Virus record (IMG/VR): IMGVR_UViG_3300027736_002225
Reading direction: 5' to 3' (one strand)
DNA length: 64,000 nucleotides
Origin: a virus
Shown here piece by piece: positions 18,652 through 27,652 of the stretch. The notes under the pieces are model-generated. The model was not told the origin of the DNA, made no database searches, and saw only the letters and a list, made by a program, of their open reading frames with translations. A program made the position numbers and the translations under genes. The stretch's first letter is position 1; every line of letters starts with the position of its first letter.

Positions 18652-19509
18652 TTATGTTCCCCACTCATTCTTAAAAAGTGGTACTTGTAAACGATCGCTA
18701 TATCGAAGACCATTCTTCATTGCCATTTCTGCAACCTTTCGATTGTTCATAGCATAAACGCTTTCGACACCGCCTACCGGCATCAAATAAACAGGACCTT
18801 TAAACCCTGCAGATTTATATAGTTCAATTGCTTCCATTGCTTCTTCAGCATCTTCTTCAGTTGCAACTACAAACTTAAGATAAGTGTATCCAACGTCTTG
18901 ATATGCTGATACAATGTCGGGGCAAATTGCTTCTTCCCATTTTTCGCCGCTGACACTTAATTTTGGACTAACAGAAAATGTTAGTGCATTATATCCTCTG
19001 TCTTTACGACCAAGAGACCAATTAAGAAGAAATTGTCTGAATTCAGATGACAATGCCTGTGTACCATTTGTTTCAAACGTAATCTCTTTTAAAGATTTCA
19101 TTTTTTCATTATCTAGAAGATCTGGATACGATCGTTGCCAACCAAGTAATGGTTCGCCGCCCGTTATTACAAGATGTTCGTCTTCCCATTTCTTGTACGG
19201 AAGTATATCCATAATTGTATCGGCAATGTTATCAGTATCAAGTACAGGGCTAAGATGCTTAAAACGAGGATCCCAGCTAGCGTAAGAATCGCACCCTGTA
19301 CTAACAAGAGGCAAATCTTTATAGGAAAGAAACTTACGTACGTCAGCCGCGATATAATCAACTTCATTGCTAAATTCCCCTTTTGGCATTCCAAATCCAC
19401 TACAAGTGAAGTTACAACCAAATGTACGAAGAAAAACACTAGGTACGCCCATGTAGCGGCCTTCACCTTGTATACTATAAAACAATTCTGCAACTTTAAG
19501 CTTTGCCAT
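18652..19509 (-). CDS. queE: 7-carboxy-7-deazaguanine synthase (radical SAM)
   Basis: FYSIQGEG, FLRTFGCNFTC...GCDS (split Cys motif), ITGGEP, ETNGT, SVSPKL. Confidence 0.93.
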   Translation of the reverse strand: MAKLKVAELFYSIQGEGRYMGVPSVFLRTFGCNFTCSGFGMPKGEFSNEVDYIAADVRKFLSYKDLPLVSTGCDSYASWDPRFKHLSPVLDTDNIADTIMDILPYKKWEDEHLVITGGEPLLGWQRSYPDLLDNEKMKSLKEITFETNGTQALSSEFRQFLLNWSLGRKDRGYNALTFSVSPKLSVSGEKWEEAICPDIVSAYQDVGYTYLKFVVATEEDAEEAMEAIELYKSAGFKGPVYLMPVGGVESVYAMNNRKVAEMAMKNGLRYSDRLQVPLFKNEWGT

Positions 19510-19537
19510 CAAGACTCCAATAATTTAATTAACACTT

Positions 19538-19567
19538 ATTATATAGTAAATTAGTCATCCATGTCAA
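19538..19567 (-). promoter_or_regulatory. Sigma70-type promoter for the queE-led modification operon
   Basis: TTGACA-18 nt-TATAAT upstream of a GGAG RBS and queE. Confidence 0.65.
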
Positions 19568-20165
19568 GAGGATTGTCTGAATCTATTTCAACTTTTTTAA
19601 CCTTTTTAGGGATATTTATGTTGCGTTTTTCAATATCAATATTGTCCATTTGCCGTTTTAAGTAATCCAAAAATTGGTGACTAAATTCACCGTTATCATG
19701 ATCTTGCAAGATCAAGGAATCAATATCCATATTCTCAATCATCTTATACTTAGTGGCCTGTTGTTTCTTTTCCTTTTGAATTCTGCGAATAAAGGCAAAG
19801 TAAATAATCTGAGTATAATATGCAAATGGATTTGAAGATTTACTTGGGTCAAATTTTTGTACTGCAGTTAAACAATTTTCAATCCCGTCCGAAATCATAT
19901 CATCTTTAAAAGTATAATTAATAAAATTAGATTTGTATGAAAGGTGTGTAGCAATCTTTATAAAACATTCGCCAATATATCTAGTAACAACGGGGGTTTC
20001 TTCTCCTCGTTCTTTAGCAGCATCGACTTGTTCTTTATATGCTATTAAGGCTTCTAAAAACTCTTTATTATTTACATAATGTGCAGTAACCGAAGGTTTC
20101 TTTTCCTTAATGGAAAGTTTTCCTTCGTCTGATTCTATTATTCCCATAGTCGTGTCTTTCATCAT
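19551..20165 (-). CDS. gp55: gp55 late-transcription sigma factor
   Basis: HYVNNKEFL, NFINYT, DMISDGIENC, NPFAYYTQI, AFIRRIQKEKKQ. Confidence 0.95.
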   Translation of the reverse strand: MMKDTTMGIIESDEGKLSIKEKKPSVTAHYVNNKEFLEALIAYKEQVDAAKERGEETPVVTRYIGECFIKIATHLSYKSNFINYTFKDDMISDGIENCLTAVQKFDPSKSSNPFAYYTQIIYFAFIRRIQKEKKQQATKYKMIENMDIDSLILQDHDNGEFSHQFLDYLKRQMDNIDIEKRNINIPKKVKKVEIDSDNPLDMDD

Positions 20166-20523
20166 TTTCTTCTTCTAAAATTGAGTCTCTTATTTCATCT
20201 GTTACATCAATTGCGTTTTCTTCTGCTTCTTTACGGGCATCAAGATATTTAATATAATTTTCTGTAAGTTCTTCGTTGGCTTTTGCGTATGATATAATAT
20301 TTCGAACAGGAACCTCATAAAATTCTTCTTTGGTTAATGCAAACCAAGGAGCAAGTGTATACGATTCAATTACAGCTCTTCCAACATTTGATCTAATTTG
20401 ATTTAATACCAAAGGATCTTTTATAAAAAGACTAAAGGTATTTTTTAAATCTATTACTTCATCCGTTTTACATACTATATCTTCACCACTATTTAACTTC
20501 AATATTTTATAACTTAGGATCAT
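20107..20523 (-). CDS. Conserved hypothetical protein (Sm-like) between uvsW and gp55
   Basis: KILKLNSGEDIVC ... LAPW; conserved position in T4-like phages. Confidence 0.6.
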   Translation of the reverse strand: MILSYKILKLNSGEDIVCKTDEVIDLKNTFSLFIKDPLVLNQIRSNVGRAVIESYTLAPWFALTKEEFYEVPVRNIISYAKANEELTENYIKYLDARKEAEENAIDVTDEIRDSILEEENDERHDYGNNRIRRRKTFH

Positions 20524-22004
20524 TGTAATTGAACTTTTATAAGTTTGTAGTCAAAATGTTCATCATTGTAAATTTTTATCCGTTCAATCATATGAAGTAA
20601 CGTAAAGTTCTTTTTAGATTTCCAGGTTAAATCATCGCCTATATCATATAGATTGCAACTGTCTTTGTCTTTGGTTGTTCTCAAACCACGTCCAATAGAT
20701 TGCAAATTTCTTATCCGAGATTTAGAAGGAGATGCAAATACAATATTATGCAAATTCTTAATGTTAATCCCGGTAGAGAATGTTCCATATGAAGCCACTA
20801 TTATAGCATTATTTTCGAGTTCTGTCAATGCTCGAATTTTTTCTCTTTGCTCCGTATCTGTTCCCCCATAAACAAAAAATACTTTTCTATTTTCTGCTTT
20901 GGCATTAATCATTTCATATAGATTTTTGCCATGTTTTTCTACATACTGAAATAATACAAGACTGTTACCTTCTTGTTTAAGAGTCAAATTTCTAATAAAT
21001 TTGTTTCTTGGTTCGTATTGAACAAGAAAATCCATTTCTTCTTGATACGTTTTACCCTTCATAGCTTTTTTAATTTCATCCGGATAATCTAATATCAAAT
21101 TATAGATTTTTAAATCAGATAATGTTTTGCTTGTAATAAGTTTCTTAGTTGTTGTGACTTTATAAACAGGACCAAAGATACCTTCAAGAACTAACTTATG
21201 CGTTTGTGTACCATCCAATGTACCAGTAGTCCCTACTCTATAAGGAGCGTCTGGGCATTTATTTAAAATTCCAGTTAAAGATTTTGCTTTAAATTGATGA
21301 GCTTCGTCTCCATAAACAACTTGGAATTTTTCAAAAAATTGTTTTGGTAATTTATAGATAGATTGCCAGGTACTAATAACAACATTACAATCTGTAGATT
21401 TTTCATGCCCGCCATAAATGCGATGGCAATGGGATGCTGCATCCCATCCATTTAAACAAGAATAATCTCGAAAATCTGAAAACATCTGTTCTACCAAAGA
21501 TGTTGTAGGTACAATAATTAATTGCCTTCTGTCAAATTCATAGTGCCAACGAATTATACAATAAATTATTAAAGATTTTCCAGATCCGGTGGGAGAAAGT
21601 AATAACCTTCTACCGTCGCTAATTGCTTTATGTACCGCTTCTATTTGATATTCTCTAATTGGAATCGGTTCGCCTTTTGAGCCAATGTTTAACTTTTCAC
21701 AAAATTCTTTTACAGATTCAAAAGTACATTCATCTGCAGTTTTTTCATACTCAGATAAATCTACAGTGTATTCTCTTTCTTTTGCAAAATGTTCAACATA
21801 CTCTTTTAAGCCAACATAAAGCTCTTTAGTAAACATAGAAAAAAGCCTGACACGGCCATCCCACATCTTTGATCTATACAAAGGGTGAAATTTTGCACCA
21901 GGTACTTCGAAGGAAAAATGATTATTTAATTCCTGAGCAATTGAAGGCTCAGCATCAATATTCAAATATACTTCATTCTTTTTTCTTATTTTTATATCGG
22001 CCAT
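20520..22004 (-). CDS. uvsW: UvsW SF2 helicase
   Basis: WDGRVRLF, SPTGSGKS, DEAH, GTTGT, QSIGRGLR. Confidence 0.95.
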   Translation of the reverse strand: MADIKIRKKNEVYLNIDAEPSIAQELNNHFSFEVPGAKFHPLYRSKMWDGRVRLFSMFTKELYVGLKEYVEHFAKEREYTVDLSEYEKTADECTFESVKEFCEKLNIGSKGEPIPIREYQIEAVHKAISDGRRLLLSPTGSGKSLIIYCIIRWHYEFDRRQLIIVPTTSLVEQMFSDFRDYSCLNGWDAASHCHRIYGGHEKSTDCNVVISTWQSIYKLPKQFFEKFQVVYGDEAHQFKAKSLTGILNKCPDAPYRVGTTGTLDGTQTHKLVLEGIFGPVYKVTTTKKLITSKTLSDLKIYNLILDYPDEIKKAMKGKTYQEEMDFLVQYEPRNKFIRNLTLKQEGNSLVLFQYVEKHGKNLYEMINAKAENRKVFFVYGGTDTEQREKIRALTELENNAIIVASYGTFSTGINIKNLHNIVFASPSKSRIRNLQSIGRGLRTTKDKDSCNLYDIGDDLTWKSKKNFTLLHMIERIKIYNDEHFDYKLIKVQLQ

Positions 22005-22444
22005 TACATCATACCGTTAGTGAATTTTGTCCATTCTAAACAGTTCTTAATATCCCATGTTCTACTATTCAATGACCGAATAATTTGCTCCAATTGGTAC
22101 TGAACAATTTTAAAATATTCAACCTTATCTTCTAATAAAATAAGATCGTTATCTACCTGCAGGAACTCATCCATTTCATTTTTTAATGGTTTGTTTCCCT
22201 GCCATTGTTCCCATTCTTCTGCAGCTAATTCGGCTTGTGTCATTTCTCCTCTGTAATACTTATATTTCTTACGTCGGAGGTTTAAATAGTCAGACTCGGC
22301 TTTTCGTAAATTAAGACGAGTAGATGATAAAAAATTCAAATACTTTGAATGTAATAAAGGAGTGCGAGCAGATTCTTGCCCTAGATTAGTTTCATTAATC
22401 TTGCAATCATCTGCCCACGATGACTGTAGGTCAGACAATTTCAT
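22004..22444 (-). CDS. uvsY: UvsY recombination mediator
   Basis: LHSKYL, YYRGE, RTWDIKN; adjacent to uvsW. Confidence 0.88.
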   Translation of the reverse strand: MKLSDLQSSWADDCKINETNLGQESARTPLLHSKYLNFLSSTRLNLRKAESDYLNLRRKKYKYYRGEMTQAELAAEEWEQWQGNKPLKNEMDEFLQVDNDLILLEDKVEYFKIVQYQLEQIIRSLNSRTWDIKNCLEWTKFTNGMM

Positions 22445-22447
22445 GGA

Positions 22448-23332
22448 TTAACCAATTTTGATAATTTGATTAGGATTACCTTGGAAGTTGAAAGAACCGA
22501 AGTGGTTTAGCGAGATTGACGGATCAAGCCAAATATCACCGCCAATACCTTGCCAACGACGACTAAAGGTATAATCCTCAGACAAATAACGACGATCTTT
22601 AGGATCAATCATTGTGTCAAAGAATGCATAGAAAAAGTCTTGCAAATCTGGAGGAGTATTCAAATCGTTGTTATATTTGAGTTCCGGATATGCTGCAATC
22701 ATCTTGTCAATTGCTTCGCGCTTAATCATCATAAATCCTGTAGCGCCGTCATGCAATTTGATAACGCCACTTTCAATAGCAATTTGCTTCATATCTGCAT
22801 TAACAAATTTAAAGTTAATAGCATAATCACTTCCTGAAGCTGCGATCATTCTATCGTCCATAGGGGCCTGTCCATTAGACAAAACCGCATCACGGATACG
22901 TTGCCAGTTAACACCCTTCTTAGGATATGCACCAACGCATACTTCTTTATTGTGTGCAATAAGTTTCAAGACATCTTCAACTTGAAATTCAATGTCAGCA
23001 TCAATAAACAATAGACGAGTATAGTTGCTTTGCAAAAAATATGCAACTAAAACATTTCGAGCACGAGTAACAAGAGACTCATTTGCAATTGTTCCAAATG
23101 CAACTGGAATTTGATGTTGGTTGAAAAATGTCAATGTGCGAACCATTGAACGGAAATACGCTTCTGTTAGCATACCACCATAACAAGGGGTTGCAATAAA
23201 AAGTCGTTCTTTGCGAAGATCTTCAATGTTTATTTGAAGTTGACTTTGTTGGTTTTCTGCTGGTGCGGCAGGTTTATTAAATTTTGGCACCGGTACTTTC
23301 GGAATGTTTTTCAAAGGGTTGTTTTTAGCCAT
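22448..23332 (-). CDS. GT-A fold glycosyltransferase-like protein
   Basis: IATPCYGG, NESLVTRARN, LLFIDADI (DxD), GAYPKK, TGFMMI, LSEDY, H-x-G. Confidence 0.75.
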   Translation of the reverse strand: MAKNNPLKNIPKVPVPKFNKPAAPAENQQSQLQINIEDLRKERLFIATPCYGGMLTEAYFRSMVRTLTFFNQHQIPVAFGTIANESLVTRARNVLVAYFLQSNYTRLLFIDADIEFQVEDVLKLIAHNKEVCVGAYPKKGVNWQRIRDAVLSNGQAPMDDRMIAASGSDYAINFKFVNADMKQIAIESGVIKLHDGATGFMMIKREAIDKMIAAYPELKYNNDLNTPPDLQDFFYAFFDTMIDPKDRRYLSEDYTFSRRWQGIGGDIWLDPSISLNHFGSFNFQGNPNQIIKIG

Positions 23333-23351
23333 ACTATCTCCATATTATTAA

Positions 23352-23936
23352 TTAAAGTTTCTCCACCTCAAACAAGGTATATTTAAATGAGGCAATTGCG
23401 GTAAAATATTCAACGCTTGCAGATGCAATATCAAAGTCTAAAGCTTCCAAGGACACAGGGAATATGTCTTTAAACATTATATTTACTTTAGGCGTATTTG
23501 TCGAGTCTAAAATGCACAAAGTTGCATCCGAGTATGCCAAAACTTCAGTAATTCCTTTAGAAGTTACTTTAAATGGAAATGCACTTGGCTTATTCGCAGT
23601 AAATGCGCCGAATTGGGTATAATCTTTTGGAAACCCCAATGCAACTAACCATTTATATATTTCCATATAGTTTGACATATCTTCTGCGATTAAAAATCTA
23701 ATACTAAGATCTCCAAATTGCAGCTTGTCTCCAATGCGAGGAATATCGGTAAAGGGCGAGGGTTGAGATGCAAACCCTAAAGCCAATTGAGGTAAATTTG
23801 CAGATTGACAAGTAAACGATACATTTGGTATATCCTTTACAGAAAATCTGAAAGCGTTTGGCCTTAGATAGTCGTGAGTTGTTGGCAAATTATTTGCATA
23901 ATTTTGCTGAAGCACACTTATATTTGAAGTAAACAT
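23352..23936 (-). CDS. gp3: gp3 tail completion / tube terminator protein
   Basis: YLRPNAF, FTCQSANLP, GDKLQFGDL, EDMSNY, FPVSL; position after gp23. Confidence 0.8.
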   Translation of the reverse strand: MFTSNISVLQQNYANNLPTTHDYLRPNAFRFSVKDIPNVSFTCQSANLPQLALGFASQPSPFTDIPRIGDKLQFGDLSIRFLIAEDMSNYMEIYKWLVALGFPKDYTQFGAFTANKPSAFPFKVTSKGITEVLAYSDATLCILDSTNTPKVNIMFKDIFPVSLEALDFDIASASVEYFTAIASFKYTLFEVEKL

Positions 23937-23962
23937 TTTAAAACACCTTCTACTGATACTTA

Positions 23963-23970
23963 TATTTATA
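23963..23970 (-). promoter_or_regulatory. Late promoter TATAAATA for gp3
   Basis: Exact motif just upstream of gp3. Confidence 0.8.
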
Positions 23971-23976
23971 AGGCAG

Positions 23977-24001
23977 AAAAGGGGGAAAAATCCCCCCTTT
24001 T
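23977..24001 (-). terminator. Intrinsic terminator downstream of gp23
   Basis: Hairpin AAAAGGGGG...CCCCCTTTT. Confidence 0.8.
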
Positions 24002-24068
24002 AAAGAACAGCCTGTAGACTGTAGATATACGCCGGTCTTAATGCCGGCTTTATCAATGTAATTTTTGA

Positions 24069-25364
24069 TTACATTAAATTCAATACTTGCGTACGACGAT
24101 AGTATTGATTACGGTTAGCTGTAAAGCTATCTGCGTCATTTGCGCCTGCTGAGTTAACAACATATGGGTTAGCAATTAGACCGTAACGTGTCTTAAAGCC
24201 AATCTTTGGCTGGAAGCTGTTAGGATCAACTGCGCGAACCATTTGTAGAGGAACATATGGGCAATAGAACATACCTGCATCATAAGGAGAAGAACCCTTA
24301 TAACCAACCATGTAGAATTGGCTTGCTGCGCCTAGATTTGATGAATACGGATCAATGTAAACTCTGTAACGTCCATTTAGAACACCAGCGAATGTATTGC
24401 CTGTATCGTCAACATTTAGACCTGTGCTCAATGCTGGAGCGTAGTCTAGAACACCGGACATAGCTAATGCGCTTGCAACGTCTGCAGAGCAAACGATGAA
24501 GTTACCTTTGCCACGACGTGTGTCTTGTGCAATGTGGTTAGCATCACGTTCAATGTTGAACAATAGACCTTTGAAACGCTCTACAGACCAACGTCCGTTA
24601 GAATCAACGTCTAAGTCAAATGTACCTGCGGTCGCTGTTGCAGGAGAACCTGGCTTAGCTACACCATAGATTGTACGAACAACTTCGCGGTTAATTTCAA
24701 ACATGAATTCTTGGGATAGAATGTTTGACAATTCTGCTTCAGCGTCAAGACCATGAATTGCTTTCAAATCTTGTGCTAATTCAACGGTGTATTCTGCTTT
24801 TAACGCACGTGACTTAGCAGTAACTGTAGTCTTGTCAATGCTGAAAGACATTTCGTTAAATGCTTGGCCGCCGGATGTACCTTGAGCTTCAGCCGCTGCT
24901 GTCGTTGTACCTGCACCAGTTGTATAAGCACCAGAAACTGGGTTATTACCTGTTGTGCTAACTGCGTTACCAGAGAACGATGTATTTGCTTCGTTGAACA
25001 ATGCTTCTACACGTGTTGTAGTATTAGCACGCTCGCCGCTATACATAGATCTCATTGCAAAGATTAAGCCTGTTGGACCAGTCATTGGCTGAACACCGCA
25101 AATGTCATATGCCATTAAGTTAGGCATTGCACGGCGAACTAAACCAATCATGATTGGGTCATACTTGTCAATACCGCCAGTTGCGCTGATATTGTTGCCT
25201 GGAGCTGCCTCGAACAATGCATTACGCTCTTCACGTAATGAACGCTCTTGGTTCTCTAAAAGAACAGAAGTAACAGCTTTCTTGTAGCTATCCTTGATCT
25301 CTGGAAGATCTGGGTGCTCAAGAATGGCTTGCCATTTTTGTTGTAGGTTTTCCGATAAAAACAT
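24069..25364 (-). CDS. gp23: gp23 major capsid protein
   Basis: LLENQE, CGVQPMTGPTGLIFAMR, KSRALKAEYT, ELAQDLKAIHGLDAE, FYCPYVPL, GFKTRYG. Confidence 0.99.
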   Translation of the reverse strand: MFLSENLQQKWQAILEHPDLPEIKDSYKKAVTSVLLENQERSLREERNALFEAAPGNNISATGGIDKYDPIMIGLVRRAMPNLMAYDICGVQPMTGPTGLIFAMRSMYSGERANTTTRVEALFNEANTSFSGNAVSTTGNNPVSGAYTTGAGTTTAAAEAQGTSGGQAFNEMSFSIDKTTVTAKSRALKAEYTVELAQDLKAIHGLDAEAELSNILSQEFMFEINREVVRTIYGVAKPGSPATATAGTFDLDVDSNGRWSVERFKGLLFNIERDANHIAQDTRRGKGNFIVCSADVASALAMSGVLDYAPALSTGLNVDDTGNTFAGVLNGRYRVYIDPYSSNLGAASQFYMVGYKGSSPYDAGMFYCPYVPLQMVRAVDPNSFQPKIGFKTRYGLIANPYVVNSAGANDADSFTANRNQYYRRTQVLNLM

Positions 25365-25393
25365 TTTTTTCTCCTTGATTAGTAGCGTGAAAA

Positions 25394-26521
25394 TTACGCT
25401 CTTTTAAATGATCTTGAAAGCGCTTGTGCATATACAGAAACAGTCGAAGTACCTTCTGAAAGTTCAGTAGGAATATCGTTGTCTTCTGTTAGAGTTTGCT
25501 GGGACTGAACAGATACTTTACCTTCTGTCACAATATTCTTTGGAAAATAATTCTCTTTAATTACAGAAACTTTTTCTCTGTAAAGATCTTCATTTTCAAA
25601 GTCAACACCTTCTAATAATTTACCCAATTTTGCAGCTTCTGTGTTAGCCAAATCTTTGGATAATTCTTCTATAATTGCAGCGCGCTTTAAAGAAATAACT
25701 TCTTTATTGAGTTCTACACTGTTGCCAATAGCTTCATCTAATTTTGTAGATAGTTCTTCAGCCTTAGCTTGTAGTTCACCGATTACATCGTATTTTTCTT
25801 CAGGCACTTCAATGTAGTGTTCTTTGAATAGTACCTTTAGTCCAGACATGAAATCTTCTGCAATCTCTGTGCGAAGACCATTTTCTAGAGCTAGTTCATT
25901 CTCTTTCATCCAGTTCTCAACTACATAGTTAAGATATGAATCAATTTTTTCAACAATGCCATCTTTGTATTCTGCAACATCTGCCGCATATTTTTCTTCT
26001 AACGATGCAGCAACTTTGTCCATTTCCGAATTTACGCGAGCAATAACGGCTGCTTCAAAAATAGATGTTGCTTTAGCTTTGAAATCTTCGGATAGATCAT
26101 CGCCAAAAATTGGGGATAGATCAATAACTCCGTTTGTTTCTTCTTCAGCAATTGTCTCACCTTCTTCTTCAGATTCTTCACCAACTGGTGTGTTACCTGC
26201 AGAATTTGGCTGATTAACTGCAGAAGCTAAATCGCCAACTGTTTGGAAGTTAGGAGTAGCGCCAGGGCCTTTTGCTGTTAAAGTATTTTGTTTAATACTT
26301 TTAGCGGAAATTGCGCCTTGGTTTTCTTCTTTCTCATCGCGATCTTCTTCGGTTCCAGCGTCCTGAGATGAGCCTTGTCTTGGCATAGAAGCGTCTCCGC
26401 TAACTGCTGCTTTGATTGAAGAATCTTTTGGGGAGCTAGGGCTCATTGCATCTGCTTCTTCTAAGCTAGCTTTAGCATTTACTTGCTCTAGCAATTGTTT
26501 GATTTTGCTTTCTACTGACAT
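25394..26521 (-). CDS. gp22: gp22 prohead core scaffold
   Basis: LSEDFKAKATSIFEAAV, YLNYVVENW, ENYF; acidic coiled coil. Confidence 0.92.
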   Translation of the reverse strand: MSVESKIKQLLEQVNAKASLEEADAMSPSSPKDSSIKAAVSGDASMPRQGSSQDAGTEEDRDEKEENQGAISAKSIKQNTLTAKGPGATPNFQTVGDLASAVNQPNSAGNTPVGEESEEEGETIAEEETNGVIDLSPIFGDDLSEDFKAKATSIFEAAVIARVNSEMDKVAASLEEKYAADVAEYKDGIVEKIDSYLNYVVENWMKENELALENGLRTEIAEDFMSGLKVLFKEHYIEVPEEKYDVIGELQAKAEELSTKLDEAIGNSVELNKEVISLKRAAIIEELSKDLANTEAAKLGKLLEGVDFENEDLYREKVSVIKENYFPKNIVTEGKVSVQSQQTLTEDNDIPTELSEGTSTVSVYAQALSRSFKRA

Positions 26522-26550
26522 TAGTGTCTCCTAAATGGATTGTTTCAAAT

Positions 26551-26558
26551 TATTTATA
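26551..26558 (-). promoter_or_regulatory. Late promoter TATAAATA for gp22-gp23
   Basis: Exact motif between gp21 and gp22. Confidence 0.85.
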
Positions 26559-26565
26559 AGTTTAC

Positions 26566-27216
26566 TTACCTAGACATTCTAGACATAAACTCTTCAAACA
26601 TCTTTAGTTTAACAGATTCTAACTGTCCCTTAGATGCGCCCTTTAATGTTCGTTGTGCTTTTTCGACATCAACTGATCTCCAAAGACCGTTTTCGCATAT
26701 CCATTCAGCAGATTCATAAATGCCTTGAACAAAAGCATCATGGGCCGATGGATCAGCAACAATGTCTACGGTTGCAAGATGAAAATCATCTTGTACTTCA
26801 TTTACACCTTCTTTATTAAGTTTTAATGAACCTAATCCTCTAGAAGAAACACCAAGTCTTACGCCGTTCTCAATTAAATTGCGAGCAATGTTGCCCATTG
26901 GTGTTTCTAAAATTTTTGCCTTGCCCATAACATTATTACCTTCAAATTTTAATTGAGTAATAAGGTGAGAACATTTATCCAAATTTAATGTTGGGTTTGC
27001 AGGGTGTCCCAATTCGCCTAGTGATCTTTTTTCGTCAATAAGCTTTTGGTATCTACCTAATTCTTTTTCCATAATGTCGCGCTTATATAAACGTCCATTA
27101 CGATTTGGTTGTTCTGTTTGCATAAAGATGCCTTCAATAAAGACATTTTTTCCGCCGCCTACTTTATCCTCAACCAAATATTGTAGGTCTTGTGCTACTT
27201 CTGTAATTAGTCTCAT
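26566..27216 (-). CDS. gp21: gp21 prohead protease
   Basis: IEGIFMQ, NRNGRLY, LGELGHP, GVSSRGLGS, DIVADPS. Confidence 0.97.
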   Translation of the reverse strand: MRLITEVAQDLQYLVEDKVGGGKNVFIEGIFMQTEQPNRNGRLYKRDIMEKELGRYQKLIDEKRSLGELGHPANPTLNLDKCSHLITQLKFEGNNVMGKAKILETPMGNIARNLIENGVRLGVSSRGLGSLKLNKEGVNEVQDDFHLATVDIVADPSAHDAFVQGIYESAEWICENGLWRSVDVEKAQRTLKGASKGQLESVKLKMFEEFMSRMSR

Positions 27217-27229
27217 TTAAATTCCTATA

Positions 27230-27643
27230 TTAATTTGGAGCAGTTTGGAAATTAGGGCCTTCATACCCTGTTCGTTTGCCTAATACCAAATACAACATTC
27301 CACCCGTTGCCGGTAATTGCACTGTTATATTTGCATTTGCACTTATATCATCAACAAATCCTGCGCCTTGATCTAATTCCCAATCTTGACCGCCGTATAA
27401 TATCATTACATTTGACGCAGATGCAGAAGAAACGCCTCTTTGAACTAAGACAGGTACACCCGAGGCATCTGTAGAACTCCACATTGCTGTTTTAATTGTA
27501 ACATTTGTATTTGCAAAACCTAGAAAAGTTTCTTCCGGTTGTGTAAGATCTGCTCTCAAATCCAAGTTAGCCATTCCGCTACCAATGAACTTAACAACTG
27601 CTTGTTGTCTTACATTTTTAAGTATTGTGGTTGTTACCGGCAT
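27230..27643 (-). CDS. Hypothetical virion-associated protein
   Basis: Lies in the head module with an RBS; beta-rich sequence. Confidence 0.55.
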   Translation of the reverse strand: MPVTTTILKNVRQQAVVKFIGSGMANLDLRADLTQPEETFLGFANTNVTIKTAMWSSTDASGVPVLVQRGVSSASASNVMILYGGQDWELDQGAGFVDDISANANITVQLPATGGMLYLVLGKRTGYEGPNFQTAPN

Positions 27644-27652
27644 TTTGTCCTC

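Noticed and set aside
24005-24050. Small hairpins downstream of gp23 as a tRNA or ncRNA
   Set aside because: There is no cloverleaf or recognisable motif; most likely 3' UTR structure ahead of the terminator.
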